DNA of 64,000 nt from Promethearchaeati archaeon (GCA_013166775.1 JABLTJ010000016.1:1-64000); one strand, 5' to 3'. Shown: positions 1 to 8,749, counted from the first letter of the stretch. The notes: generated from the letters alone by a model not told the origin. A program made the numbers and translations.

Positions 1-1
1 C

Positions 2-1705
2 ATTTTTTTCAGTTTTATCGCATCTATTGTTGTATTAGGTGTTTTTACTCCTTCATTATTAGGTTTTGCTTACTATTATGGAATGAACCTGCTAATTAGC
101 TGTCTAATAGCAGTTTTTTATGGGAGTATTCAATTACTCATTCTGTCTAATCATTTAAAAGAGATATACAAAGAAGGTGAAAAAGAAGAAAATGTTCCTC
201 TTAACAAACTATCTAATTTTCTTAAAAAAATTCTTCCATGGATATTGTTTAATCTCTCTTTAGGATTTTCCTTCTTCTTCTTATTCTTTATAGGAATCGA
301 GAAGTTTGAGTTTGGTTCTATGATCTCATTAATTGTAATAACACTACTGTTTACTCTCTTTCTTAATATTATAATGTGGAAAAAAACTATACTATGGATA
401 GGAAAGAAAGTAATTTCTCTCTCATACTTTTTTTCAGAATTATCTAAACAAACTATCAAACTATCAAGGAGGTTAGTAAAGGACAGTTATCGTGTGATTC
501 AGTTACTCATTCTGTTTCTTATAATCTGTACTTTTTTCCTTTCAAGTTTTGATACTATAAATAACTTCAACTCTTTCAATGATGAACAAAATCAAGTTGG
601 GGAGATGATAATTAGTTTTCAACCTGAAAAAACGAATATTGTAAACGCTAACATAAGTGACTTAGTAGAGAGTTCAGTGGAAATTCAATCATCAACAACA
701 TTACTAGATAGTATCTCTATTGAAGCAAGTGGTGGAATTTCACGTTTAGTGGACATATATCTTATTAATAGCAGTAAAATACAACGGCTTTTCAATTCGA
801 TATCGATAAAGGAAAGATACGCAGGTAACTTTAATACCCAAGAAATTGCTAGCGAGTTAGAAACAAACCTGAATTCAGCTATTGTTAATAAAGCATTAGC
901 ACAATTATTATCCATTCAACTGCAAGGTTCATTTAACCTACCAATCCCTGTTGAAAATGACGAATATACTGATTCAAGAATAAATTATAGATTGTCTGCA
1001 CTTGATTCTGTTAGTTTTATTCCATTCTTTTCTGGTATTTCCTTGGAAAGACCATTTGCAATTTTAAATGATAAGACCATTTCTACTACAAATAATGCTT
1101 CTGTACAAACAGTTTATCAGATCTTATGGTTGAAAGAAACTATCTCAAAAGATGCATTCAACAAAAATATTCGAGCATTAAATGAAAACAGCTCTACTCA
1201 AATTGAGGTTGTAGAACAATTTGAGTTTCCTATAATTACAGATGATTATTGGGTACCTGCTGTTTTTCAACAATTTATGGTTTCTTTATTAACAGTTTTT
1301 GTTGTATGTTTATTCCTCTTCTTCTTAGCTTTCTATTCTGATACCATTGATAAACAGATGAAAGGATTTAGAATTTTCTTTGCTCGTGGATTATCTTTTA
1401 AGAAGGGAATCTCTCTTGTTATGTTACCGTTATTCTTATTTACATTGTTTTATATTATTTTTAGCTATGTAGTAGGTTTGATATTATCATTTGTGATGTT
1501 AACTGCAATTCAACCTAGATATTATCTAAGAATACGAATTTCTATTGTTCCTTTCTCATCCATCTTTCTGAGTTCTCAAATAATATTATTAGGGGCGATT
1601 CTCTTTGCTTCTGGGATTAGTTCTTATAGAAAATTGAGAAAGCAGATTCCTGAAGTTAAGTTCAATGTTCCTTCAGTTTTCCAAGAGGAGGAGAGTTTTA
1701 TTTGA
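2..1705 (+). CDS. FtsX/MacB-like ABC transporter permease (5'-partial)
   Basis: The frame of ORF 83..1705 stays open back to position 2 (IFFSFIASIVV...). Multiple TM segments, a large extracytoplasmic loop and a C-terminal FtsX-like 'FFARGLSFKK' segment. Operon with a LolD-type ATPase. Confidence 0.7.
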   Translation: MFFSFIASIVVLGVFTPSLLGFAYYYGMNLLISCLIAVFYGSIQLLILSNHLKEIYKEGEKEENVPLNKLSNFLKKILPWILFNLSLGFSFFFLFFIGIEKFEFGSMISLIVITLLFTLFLNIIMWKKTILWIGKKVISLSYFFSELSKQTIKLSRRLVKDSYRVIQLLILFLIICTFFLSSFDTINNFNSFNDEQNQVGEMIISFQPEKTNIVNANISDLVESSVEIQSSTTLLDSISIEASGGISRLVDIYLINSSKIQRLFNSISIKERYAGNFNTQEIASELETNLNSAIVNKALAQLLSIQLQGSFNLPIPVENDEYTDSRINYRLSALDSVSFIPFFSGISLERPFAILNDKTISTTNNASVQTVYQILWLKETISKDAFNKNIRALNENSSTQIEVVEQFEFPIITDDYWVPAVFQQFMVSLLTVFVVCLFLFFLAFYSDTIDKQMKGFRIFFARGLSFKKGISLVMLPLFLFTLFYIIFSYVVGLILSFVMLTAIQPRYYLRIRISIVPFSSIFLSSQIILLGAILFASGISSYRKLRKQIPEVKFNVPSVFQEEESFI

Positions 1706-4353
1706 AATTAACTAGACTCATCTTTAAAGCAAAAAAGAAGATTTTGCTAGTTGAATTATTCATAATAATTGCTATTTTTCTAGTTTCAAGTTTATCTTTT
1801 ACTTACTATTTGAATTCATATAGAACAGAATGGATAGGTTTAGTGAATTCTCACGACGAACCAGATTTACAAATTGAGCTTACACAACCCTTTTGGGTGT
1901 TTCTGGAGGGAAAAGATGATTTAAACGAAGAACTTGAAAACTTTCAGTATTTAGCTATAACGTCTCTTCCATCTCATTTATTTAAATTAGTATTTGAAAA
2001 TATCACCATCGAAGATTATAATTTATACATCCTCAATTCCGAAATACTGGAGTTTTTTGGATACGATCTTTCAGGTAATGAAACGTTATTAACAACAACT
2101 TACGAAAATAATATAGATTCAAGTGAAATTACTGCTAACTTTGTACTTCAATCCGGTTTAAGCAACACAACAATAACAGATATTTTCAACCAAACTTTAC
2201 TCTATAGTGCTATTTTCGGTTCTAGAAATATTGAGCATCTATCTACTTATGCTAATACTAGTCTTATACTGTCAGAATCCTATTTTAACAATCTTCTTTC
2301 ATCCATTGATGAAGCAACATTGTTAAACATTACACAAAACTTCCTCACTCATTCCTTTTACACTTTTTCCTGGAATAAATCAGAATTAATAAACGCCCTT
2401 CCCTCAAAGCTTTTTGAAATTCATAAAGAGTGGAATCATGAACGAATAGCAGTATTTTCACAGATGTATATACCAAATTATGTTCGATATGAGGAATTTA
2501 ATATTAGTGCAAATCAGATATTTTCTGACAAAATTAGTGATTTATTAACGGAATTAGACAGTATTCTAATAAGTACTATAATTATCCTCTTTTTTCTTTC
2601 CTTAACATCAATCATCTTCTTATTTCAGTTCCTAAGAAGTAGAACAGCTTTTTTCAGCAAAATTTCCTTGATTCTCTCATCAAGAGGATTAAAAGGAAAA
2701 TCTGTAAAATCGAGATTTTTAGTTCTACACTCTAGTACTCTATTATTTTCTATTACATTATTCTTTGGTTTTGTTTTGATCTTGTTATATTCTTATGAAC
2801 TTATTATGTGGAATTATTCTTATCTCGTCATAGGTGTTTCTACTAGTATAGTTTTCTTTTCACTTCTTACCATGCAAATCAAGCTAGTTCAAACATTAGA
2901 CATACAAACAAAAACAGAAGGAACAAAAAAGAGTTCTCGGTCAAGATCACAAATTATTGATTTTGGTCTTAAACTTGGTTTGGGATTGGTAATCTTTATA
3001 GCTTCAACCTCTATTCTTTCTTTCAATCAGTGGTTTCTTAATATTTTTTCCATAACTATCAGTACGTTATGGATAATAACTTGTAGTTTAAGCGGAGTGA
3101 TAGTTTTAATACTCCTCTTACCAACTCTCATTAGCAAACTAATCATTCCTTTAACAAAATTAATTCTAAGAAATTTCTCACATTTTCATTCCGCAGTATC
3201 AAGATTGTTTGAACAACTAGCTCGACAAAAAAGGATTGTATGGACAAGTATTTTCTTTCTTCAGATGCTTTTTTCTTTGATCATAATTGGTCCCAATCTA
3301 TTTATAACCCATCAAGAACAAACTGAATTAAGCTCATATTGTTATAATGTATCATTAGTGGTAGAAACTGAATCCGTATCTGAAATCCAAGATTTAGTTT
3401 GGAACAAACCTTCTATGATAGCTTACGTTGAGCCCATTTATATATCACAATTTCAGCGTAGGGATATCTATATTTACTTAGATGATCCTATGGCTTTTTT
3501 CAACGGTGTTCATTTCTTTGGAAATTATTTCAAGAAAAGGAGCAGTTCTCAAGTTTTTACCATGCTAAGTTCATCTAAAGACTTCTTTGTTACAACCCGT
3601 TTTAAGGCAGATGAGGGACAATTTAGCATAGGAGATTTAGTTAGTTTATACAAGAAAGATGTCAATGGTTCTAATATCGAGGAAAAGAAAATTCTATTAG
3701 ATATTGTTGATTTTCTCCCATTCTTCTCAATTTTCTTTGATGAAGAGTATATGAACATCTTTTTGATGAAATATGATGAATCTACACACATCTTAAACAA
3801 AAACCATTATGCAATATTCAGTTTTCAAGCCGAACAAGAAGCAGAGGAGGAGAATTTCTTTACAAACCTAAAAGAAGAGAATTTGATGTTTAATGTTATT
3901 CATAGTTTTTCTCAGTCTACACTAATACAGAATACTCAACCAAGCTTTGTCTTAAAAGTGTTAAAACTTCCAATTTACTTTCTTATCGTATTAATTCCAA
4001 GTTTAGTGTTTCTGCTCTTTTTTGATGTTAGAAAAAGAGGTACAGAATCATTTTCATTCTTAATTCGAAGAGGATTTCGTGGTAAAAATGCAAAATCACT
4101 AACATTCTATTGGTTTTTTATTCTATCTATTTTTCTAACTTTAATTTCATTTCTTTATTCAGTTTTAGTACTATTGCCAATGATTTTTATATTAAATTTA
4201 ACATATATTATGCCAATGCGATTAACCATTAATTGGATTTCATTGTTGATTGTTATCCCGATTCTATTTTCAGTATTTATGTTTCCAGTATCAATTAAAG
4301 AAGACAGCAAAATTAAATCACATCTCATGAAAAAACGGAGTAGAAATAAATGA
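1702..4353 (+). CDS. FtsX/MacB-like ABC transporter permease, two-repeat type
   Basis: 883 aa with two TM blocks, each containing an 'SRG/RRG' motif (LSSRGLKG, LIRRGFRG). TTGA overlap with the upstream gene and ATGA overlap with the downstream ATPase. Confidence 0.7.
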   Translation: MKLTRLIFKAKKKILLVELFIIIAIFLVSSLSFTYYLNSYRTEWIGLVNSHDEPDLQIELTQPFWVFLEGKDDLNEELENFQYLAITSLPSHLFKLVFENITIEDYNLYILNSEILEFFGYDLSGNETLLTTTYENNIDSSEITANFVLQSGLSNTTITDIFNQTLLYSAIFGSRNIEHLSTYANTSLILSESYFNNLLSSIDEATLLNITQNFLTHSFYTFSWNKSELINALPSKLFEIHKEWNHERIAVFSQMYIPNYVRYEEFNISANQIFSDKISDLLTELDSILISTIIILFFLSLTSIIFLFQFLRSRTAFFSKISLILSSRGLKGKSVKSRFLVLHSSTLLFSITLFFGFVLILLYSYELIMWNYSYLVIGVSTSIVFFSLLTMQIKLVQTLDIQTKTEGTKKSSRSRSQIIDFGLKLGLGLVIFIASTSILSFNQWFLNIFSITISTLWIITCSLSGVIVLILLLPTLISKLIIPLTKLILRNFSHFHSAVSRLFEQLARQKRIVWTSIFFLQMLFSLIIIGPNLFITHQEQTELSSYCYNVSLVVETESVSEIQDLVWNKPSMIAYVEPIYISQFQRRDIYIYLDDPMAFFNGVHFFGNYFKKRSSSQVFTMLSSSKDFFVTTRFKADEGQFSIGDLVSLYKKDVNGSNIEEKKILLDIVDFLPFFSIFFDEEYMNIFLMKYDESTHILNKNHYAIFSFQAEQEAEEENFFTNLKEENLMFNVIHSFSQSTLIQNTQPSFVLKVLKLPIYFLIVLIPSLVFLLFFDVRKRGTESFSFLIRRGFRGKNAKSLTFYWFFILSIFLTLISFLYSVLVLLPMIFILNLTYIMPMRLTINWISLLIVIPILFSVFMFPVSIKEDSKIKSHLMKKRSRNK

Positions 4354-5036
4354 GTAAAAAACAAGAGAAAATTATCCAGATTTTTGATTTACTTCATGTG
4401 TATAAAGGGAAAGTTGAAACCATCGCGCTTTCTGGAATAAATCTTTCTGTAACTAAGGGTGAAAGATTGGTTATCAGAGGAAAATCTGGTGTAGGGAAAA
4501 CTACTCTTTTACATTGTTTAGCAGGAATACTCAAACCTACAGCAGGTAAGATTTTAGTGGAGAAAAAGGACATAATAGATCTCAATGAAGATCAGCAAGC
4601 AGACTATAGATGTCAAACAGTTGGTCTAATCTACCAGTCCTACAATCTAGCTCCATTTCTTACAGTCAAAGAGAATATAGAATTCCCAATGATTTTAGCA
4701 AAAAAAACACAAGAAAAAATCGACAAACATGTAGATGAACTTACAGAGATTCTCGAGATTGAAAGGTATCTTGAGCAAAAACCAGAGTACCTGAGTGGAG
4801 GAGAACAACAAAGAGTAGCTATTGCAGTAGCTTTAGCCAATAATCCCCCAATAGTTCTCGCAGATGAACCCACTGGGAACATTGACGTAGAAACATCCCA
4901 AATCATTTACGAACATTTGTCAAGAATGTGCCAAGTTTATGGTACAACACTAATAATTGCATCACATGATCCAGATGCTTCTAAATATGCTGATAGAGAA
5001 ATTTTACTCACAAAACTGCAATCAAGAAACCTATAG
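4350..5036 (+). CDS. ABC transporter ATP-binding protein, LolD/MacB family
   Basis: Walker A GKSGVGKT, signature LSGGEQQRV, Walker [10 protein letters not shown]-loop SHD. Confidence 0.95.
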   Translation: MSKKQEKIIQIFDLLHVYKGKVETIALSGINLSVTKGERLVIRGKSGVGKTTLLHCLAGILKPTAGKILVEKKDIIDLNEDQQADYRCQTVGLIYQSYNLAPFLTVKENIEFPMILAKKTQEKIDKHVDELTEILEIERYLEQKPEYLSGGEQQRVAIAVALANNPPIVLADEPTGNIDVETSQIIYEHLSRMCQVYGTTLIIASHDPDASKYADREILLTKLQSRNL

Positions 5037-5164
5037 TTAGAGATTATAGGAAAACAAGTAAGTTCATTTGAAAATGAAATATTTATTCACTGATTATGTT
5101 TATAATATATTTCTACAGTTTTGGATTTATCTAATCTTTTAGTGAGTAAAAGTTTGTCATAAAA

Positions 5165-5430
5165 TTTCCTTGGGGTTTTTAGGGTGAAGTGTAGTCTAGT
5201 ATGCAGATAGGCAAGAATTACAACCGTAAAAGGCCCAAACCCGTAATTCTTCGCTTATCCCCTAAAAGGAAAAAGGAGTTGAAAGAGAAGAAGTATAAGT
5301 AGTTCTTTTGGGATCTTAATCGAATTCCTGACGCAATTATACACGTAGAACTGTCAGTGGTTCCTCTACTGGTTTAACAGAACAGACTAGAAGAGGAACC
5401 ATTGATGTTAACTAATTCGATTATGATTTT
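5165..5430 (+). ncRNA. Putative structured non-coding element upstream of tnpB (IS left end and/or ncRNA)
   Basis: Nested stems: 5177-5184/5260-5267, 5206-5212/5253-5259, 5213-5221/5243-5251, 5317-5326/5414-5423 (10 bp perfect) and 5353-5367/5392-5406 (15 bp, 2 G-T). G-T pairs favour folding of the + strand. Confidence 0.55.
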
Positions 5431-5467
5431 ACGTTTATTAAACTAACAATTTTAGGAGCTAAAACTC

Positions 5468-7036
5468 ATGAAAATTGAAAAAGAAAATAAACAAAAAGAA
5501 CTAAAAAATAGACTCAAGAAATATGAGAAGCAAGAAGAAGCTACAAGCACACTTCAAGCACCATCTATCTCTGGTTACTATCATGTTAAGATTAGGATAA
5601 AAACAGAACGGATGACTGCTCAAGAGTGCGATAGGTTGAGAATAATTACCAACCGAGATACAAGAATCATCAAAGACTACCTAAGAATCATCTATCACAA
5701 CGAGGAAAAAATTCTACGAAACGATAGTAAAGTCGCTAAAACTCAATTGGATAAATTGACTTTAACAACTTCTAAGAAAACGCAACACAAGTTACGGACA
5801 ACTGTTCCTCACGACTTAAAGAAAAGTTATCCTCGCTGTTCACATGATGAATTCATCGAATGCAGAGATAAAGCTATCTGGACTTATGAAAGTTGGAAAG
5901 CACAACAAAAACAATCCAAAGAGGATCTGAGTAGACCACAATTCAAGAAAAAAACTCCCAGAATATATTACAAAGGATTAGAACATAGAGGTACGTTTCG
6001 AGTGATACCCACTCCTGATAATACCTTAGCTAAACTTTGGCTAGATTTAAGGGATTCTCTTGATACGAAACGTTCTGGTAGAACAAATCATAAGCGACTG
6101 ATGCTACCATTAGCTTATTCACCTTATCACAAAAAGAAGCTGATACTAGATAATGTCAAAACGTTAGAACTAGTATATAAATCCAAAGAGCAACAGTGGT
6201 GTGCACATTTCACCCTCCAATATACTGTCCCTCTTTACCAATCTACACAACCACCCGCAGTGTTGGGAGTTGATTTAGGAATAAAGAAGACAGCGGTTGC
6301 AGTATTACTTACCCCCACAGGTAAAGTGATCATGGAAGAACTCTGTTTCATTGTCAATAAGGAAAGACAAGCTAAGATGTGGAGACTAGAAAAACAGATT
6401 AAATCTATTCAGAGAGAGTTAGATACAAGGAATTACAATGGTCAACCCCATAAACAGCTTAACGTCAAACTCTACCAACTACGTAGAAGACTTCGCTCTG
6501 TTACACAACAAGAACTGGGATATGCAGTTAACCAACTCGTTGATTTCATTCTCCAGTTGAAGAAACAGTATAATCTGTTTGTGTCAGTTGGCTATCCTAA
6601 GTACATTCGGAAAAGTCAGCCTCGTGGAAGTGGAAACAAATCCTTACGTCGTCAACTACATAAGTGGTGTTATCGCCTCTTTATAACCAAACTACAGCAC
6701 AAACTAACACAGCATGGATTTGAACCCCATCGAGTCGTTGCAGTCAATGAAAGCTGGACCTCCCAACGATGTTCAAAGTGTAATTCGCTTAACACTACTC
6801 GAACAAAACAAGGAAAGTTCAATTGCCACGATTGCAACTACGAAATCAATGCTGATTTGAACGGAGCAAGAAACATAGGAAAAAGGTTGATCAAATATGC
6901 GTTGAAACCAGAGCATGGTTATACTAGTATTCGAGATACACTAACAAATGACTACCACTCTCTAAAGCTATACAAATGCCTCCAACCCTTAAGTCAGTGG
7001 CTTAAGTATTCTGTGAAGAATTTATCGTCTCGTTAG
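5468..7036 (+). CDS. tnpB: TnpB-family RNA-guided endonuclease with rearranged RuvC active site
   Basis: RuvC-I LGVDLG (D269), RuvC-II position VSVGYP (G375), VNESWTSQRC (E428), Zn ribbon CSKC...CHDC, RuvC-III NADLNGARNI (D463). SD-like AGGAG upstream. Confidence 0.92.
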   Translation: MKIEKENKQKELKNRLKKYEKQEEATSTLQAPSISGYYHVKIRIKTERMTAQECDRLRIITNRDTRIIKDYLRIIYHNEEKILRNDSKVAKTQLDKLTLTTSKKTQHKLRTTVPHDLKKSYPRCSHDEFIECRDKAIWTYESWKAQQKQSKEDLSRPQFKKKTPRIYYKGLEHRGTFRVIPTPDNTLAKLWLDLRDSLDTKRSGRTNHKRLMLPLAYSPYHKKKLILDNVKTLELVYKSKEQQWCAHFTLQYTVPLYQSTQPPAVLGVDLGIKKTAVAVLLTPTGKVIMEELCFIVNKERQAKMWRLEKQIKSIQRELDTRNYNGQPHKQLNVKLYQLRRRLRSVTQQELGYAVNQLVDFILQLKKQYNLFVSVGYPKYIRKSQPRGSGNKSLRRQLHKWCYRLFITKLQHKLTQHGFEPHRVVAVNESWTSQRCSKCNSLNTTRTKQGKFNCHDCNYEINADLNGARNIGKRLIKYALKPEHGYTSIRDTLTNDYHSLKLYKCLQPLSQWLKYSVKNLSSR

Positions 7037-7039
7037 ATT

Positions 7040-7270
7040 CGATAGGATAGGTAGAGAATCTATCATCTACTTAGATTCAATAGATTCAGTAATGAGTTCC
7101 CTCTCGTAACGAGAAATGATTCCTTTGAACAGATTTGCATCATTGTATGCCTCTGTTCCAGAAGACTAGTAACTGCTTACACTATGAATCGATTATCTTT
7201 TCATTTTGTACAGTTTTGCTACAATGTAGAAACCTATTTCTGCATTCATTCTACACTGGTTTAGGAGGAG
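7040..7270 (+). ncRNA. Putative omegaRNA/reRNA scaffold plus guide
   Basis: Directly 3' of tnpB. Stems 7056-7062/7072-7078, 7102-7106/7110-7114, 7127-7133/7152-7158, 7169-7172/7177-7180 and 7223-7232/7237-7246. TnpB guide RNAs are known to derive from the element right end. Confidence 0.6.
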
Positions 7271-7436
7271 TCTCGAAACGACCTTCACAAGAACTGCAAA
7301 GTTTTTGGGAAGAGAATAACTCATCGTAACTTCTGTCAACTCTTGTAATACCATATTCCTCAAAAATATCGTCTTCTTTCTTCCCTTTTTTTCTTTTTTT
7401 TACTTGCATAATCGTTTTTTTTGAGAAAAGCTTCAT
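7251..7436 (-). CDS. Small hypothetical protein with a basic patch, a copy of the Vps22-like C-terminal segment and CxxC
   Basis: 61-aa ORF. FEEYGITRVDRSY matches FEENGIARVDRSY of the adjacent EAP30 protein. TATA-like element near 7461-7470 on the minus strand. Confidence 0.45.
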   Translation of the reverse strand: MKLFSKKTIMQVKKRKKGKKEDDIFEEYGITRVDRSYDELFSSQKLCSSCEGRFETPPKPV

Positions 7437-7508
7437 TCATTATGAATTCCTAGCATAATTCAATATAATCTCTTGAAATATGGTAAACTAAATGGAGCTA
7501 AATTCTAC

Positions 7509-7535
7509 GATTTTCAAGCGACTTACTTGAAAATC
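7509..7535. terminator. Perfect 10-bp inverted repeat downstream of the ESCRT-II gene (terminator or operator)
   Basis: GATTTTCAAG-N7-CTTGAAAATC, about 20 nt past the stop of 7557..8291. Confidence 0.4.
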
Positions 7536-7556
7536 ATCAATAGTTTTGAGAAGTGA

Positions 7557-8291
7557 TTAACTTATCAACCCAGGGAACCAATATTTCGTCCCTGCTGCAT
7601 AACTTCTGTCTACTCTTGCTATCCCGTTTTCCTCAAAGAAAGTTAAGCATCTATCAATACGCTCTTCGTTCCAGTCTGTTCTCATTAACAAATCTTCTTT
7701 TGTAACATATCCTTCACGTGAAGCATAATTTAGGATAACATCATGGTCTTGACTGAACTCTACAGTAGTAAATTCAACTATCTTAGTTCCTGATTCAAGA
7801 GTCTTGTACGGAGAAATAAGTTGAGCATTTATTAGTTTCTCCAGTGATCGATACATATCATCAATCGAAACCATCTTTCCTGGACGAGTTTTGTTTAACT
7901 GAGTGAATAACTCACCTAATGACATTATTCCCCCATTTTCAGGTGTAAGTTTTTGACCTAGCTCGATAATTTCATTTGCCAAAATGTCATAAAAACCTCT
8001 ACCTGTAAGTTTGTCTTTTAGAGTGGGGGTTTCCTGCCAATCAAAACGTCCAATTTCCATGGGTAAACCAAGTTCTTTTCTTAAATCAGCAAGTTTTTCA
8101 TAATAATCTTTGTTTTCAGTTATTTTATCACCAAATTTCTTCTCAAATTTCTTCAATTGTTTTTTAATTTCTCCAATATTCCCTATCATTTGCTCTAATT
8201 CTTTAATCATCAATTCTGCATCTTTAACTTGGAATGCTGATTTAACCTTGATTTTTTTCTCTATGTCTCGTAATCCCAATTCAATCTCCAA
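7557..8291 (-). CDS. ESCRT-II subunit, EAP30 domain (Vps22/Vps36-like)
   Basis: FYDILANEIIELGQKLTPENGGIMSLGEL, VSIDDMYRSLEKL, WNEERIDRCL and terminal GIARVD...YWFPGL follow the Vps22/SNF8 tandem winged-helix pattern. ESCRT-I and ubiquitin context. Confidence 0.9.
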   Translation of the reverse strand: MEIELGLRDIEKKIKVKSAFQVKDAELMIKELEQMIGNIGEIKKQLKKFEKKFGDKITENKDYYEKLADLRKELGLPMEIGRFDWQETPTLKDKLTGRGFYDILANEIIELGQKLTPENGGIMSLGELFTQLNKTRPGKMVSIDDMYRSLEKLINAQLISPYKTLESGTKIVEFTTVEFSQDHDVILNYASREGYVTKEDLLMRTDWNEERIDRCLTFFEENGIARVDRSYAAGTKYWFPGLIS

Positions 8292-8364
8292 CTATTTATT
8301 GTCTAGCAATTATTTATATCTTCGCAAATCTAAAACACTTCTTTCAACATTACTTTACTTAAAT

Positions 8365-8679
8365 TTAAATCAAACCTGGTAATGATTGTATCCAACTCAT
8401 TATTTTACTAACAAGATGATTTGCTTCTCTGGGGGTTAAAAACGAAGCTAGTTTGTTTTCATATTTATTGTACAATGAATTATAAACATCTCTCATCTCT
8501 ATTCCCATATTAGAACCGATTTCACTCATTTTTTGAACTTCATATGATAATTCCTCTATTTCTTCGAGGATATATCCTATGTCGATTTTTATCTCAATCA
8601 TATTTACAAGTTCAAATAAATCCTTCCTTATGTTGATGAACATAGTATTGAGAACATTTCTCTTATCCAAGAAATTCAC
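8365..8679 (-). CDS. Hypothetical helical protein, possibly a stand-alone Vps28 C-terminal-domain homologue
   Basis: About 100 aa, four amphipathic helices that align by eye with the last ~95 aa of the upstream ESCRT-I protein. The start may be the TTG 9 nt downstream (AGGTGA SD-like motif). Confidence 0.55.
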   Translation of the reverse strand: MNFLDKRNVLNTMFINIRKDLFELVNMIEIKIDIGYILEEIEELSYEVQKMSEIGSNMGIEMRDVYNSLYNKYENKLASFLTPREANHLVSKIMSWIQSLPGLI

Positions 8680-8749
8680 CTTGTTATTCTGACCTCATGG
8701 AGTGAAAGAAAAAGAAAATCGCATAAACTACATAACATCGTTATTGCCA

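Larger units (their letters stand above)
5161..7249 (+). mobile_element. Putative non-autonomous TnpB-only element (IS200/IS605 or IS607 related); ends approximate
   Basis: tnpB without tnpA, structured flanks on both sides, inserted between convergent gene blocks. TCAT occurs just before the left structure (5157-5160) and just after the last right hairpin (7246-7249). Boundaries are inferred. Confidence 0.5.

Noticed and set aside
5165-5280. tRNA or other standard stable RNA gene
   Set aside because: No cloverleaf or T-loop motif and no recognisable SRP, RNase P or rRNA signature by eye.
5468-7036. Cas12f/type V effector, or a catalytically dead TnpB
   Set aside because: No repeat-spacer array or cas genes are visible nearby. 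The missing RuvC-II Glu is plausibly compensated by E428.
5114-7218. TACAGTTTTG direct repeat (5114-5123, 7209-7218) as a target-site duplication, and ACTGGTTTA shared by 5368-5376 and 7255-7263
   Set aside because: Matches of 9-10 nt are expected by chance in AT-rich flanks, TnpB elements do not usually make TSDs, and the right copy lies inside the hairpin series.
7135-7329. 64-aa + strand ORF after tnpB
   Set aside because: It overlaps the predicted omegaRNA and the opposite-strand ORF, and has no protein-like features.
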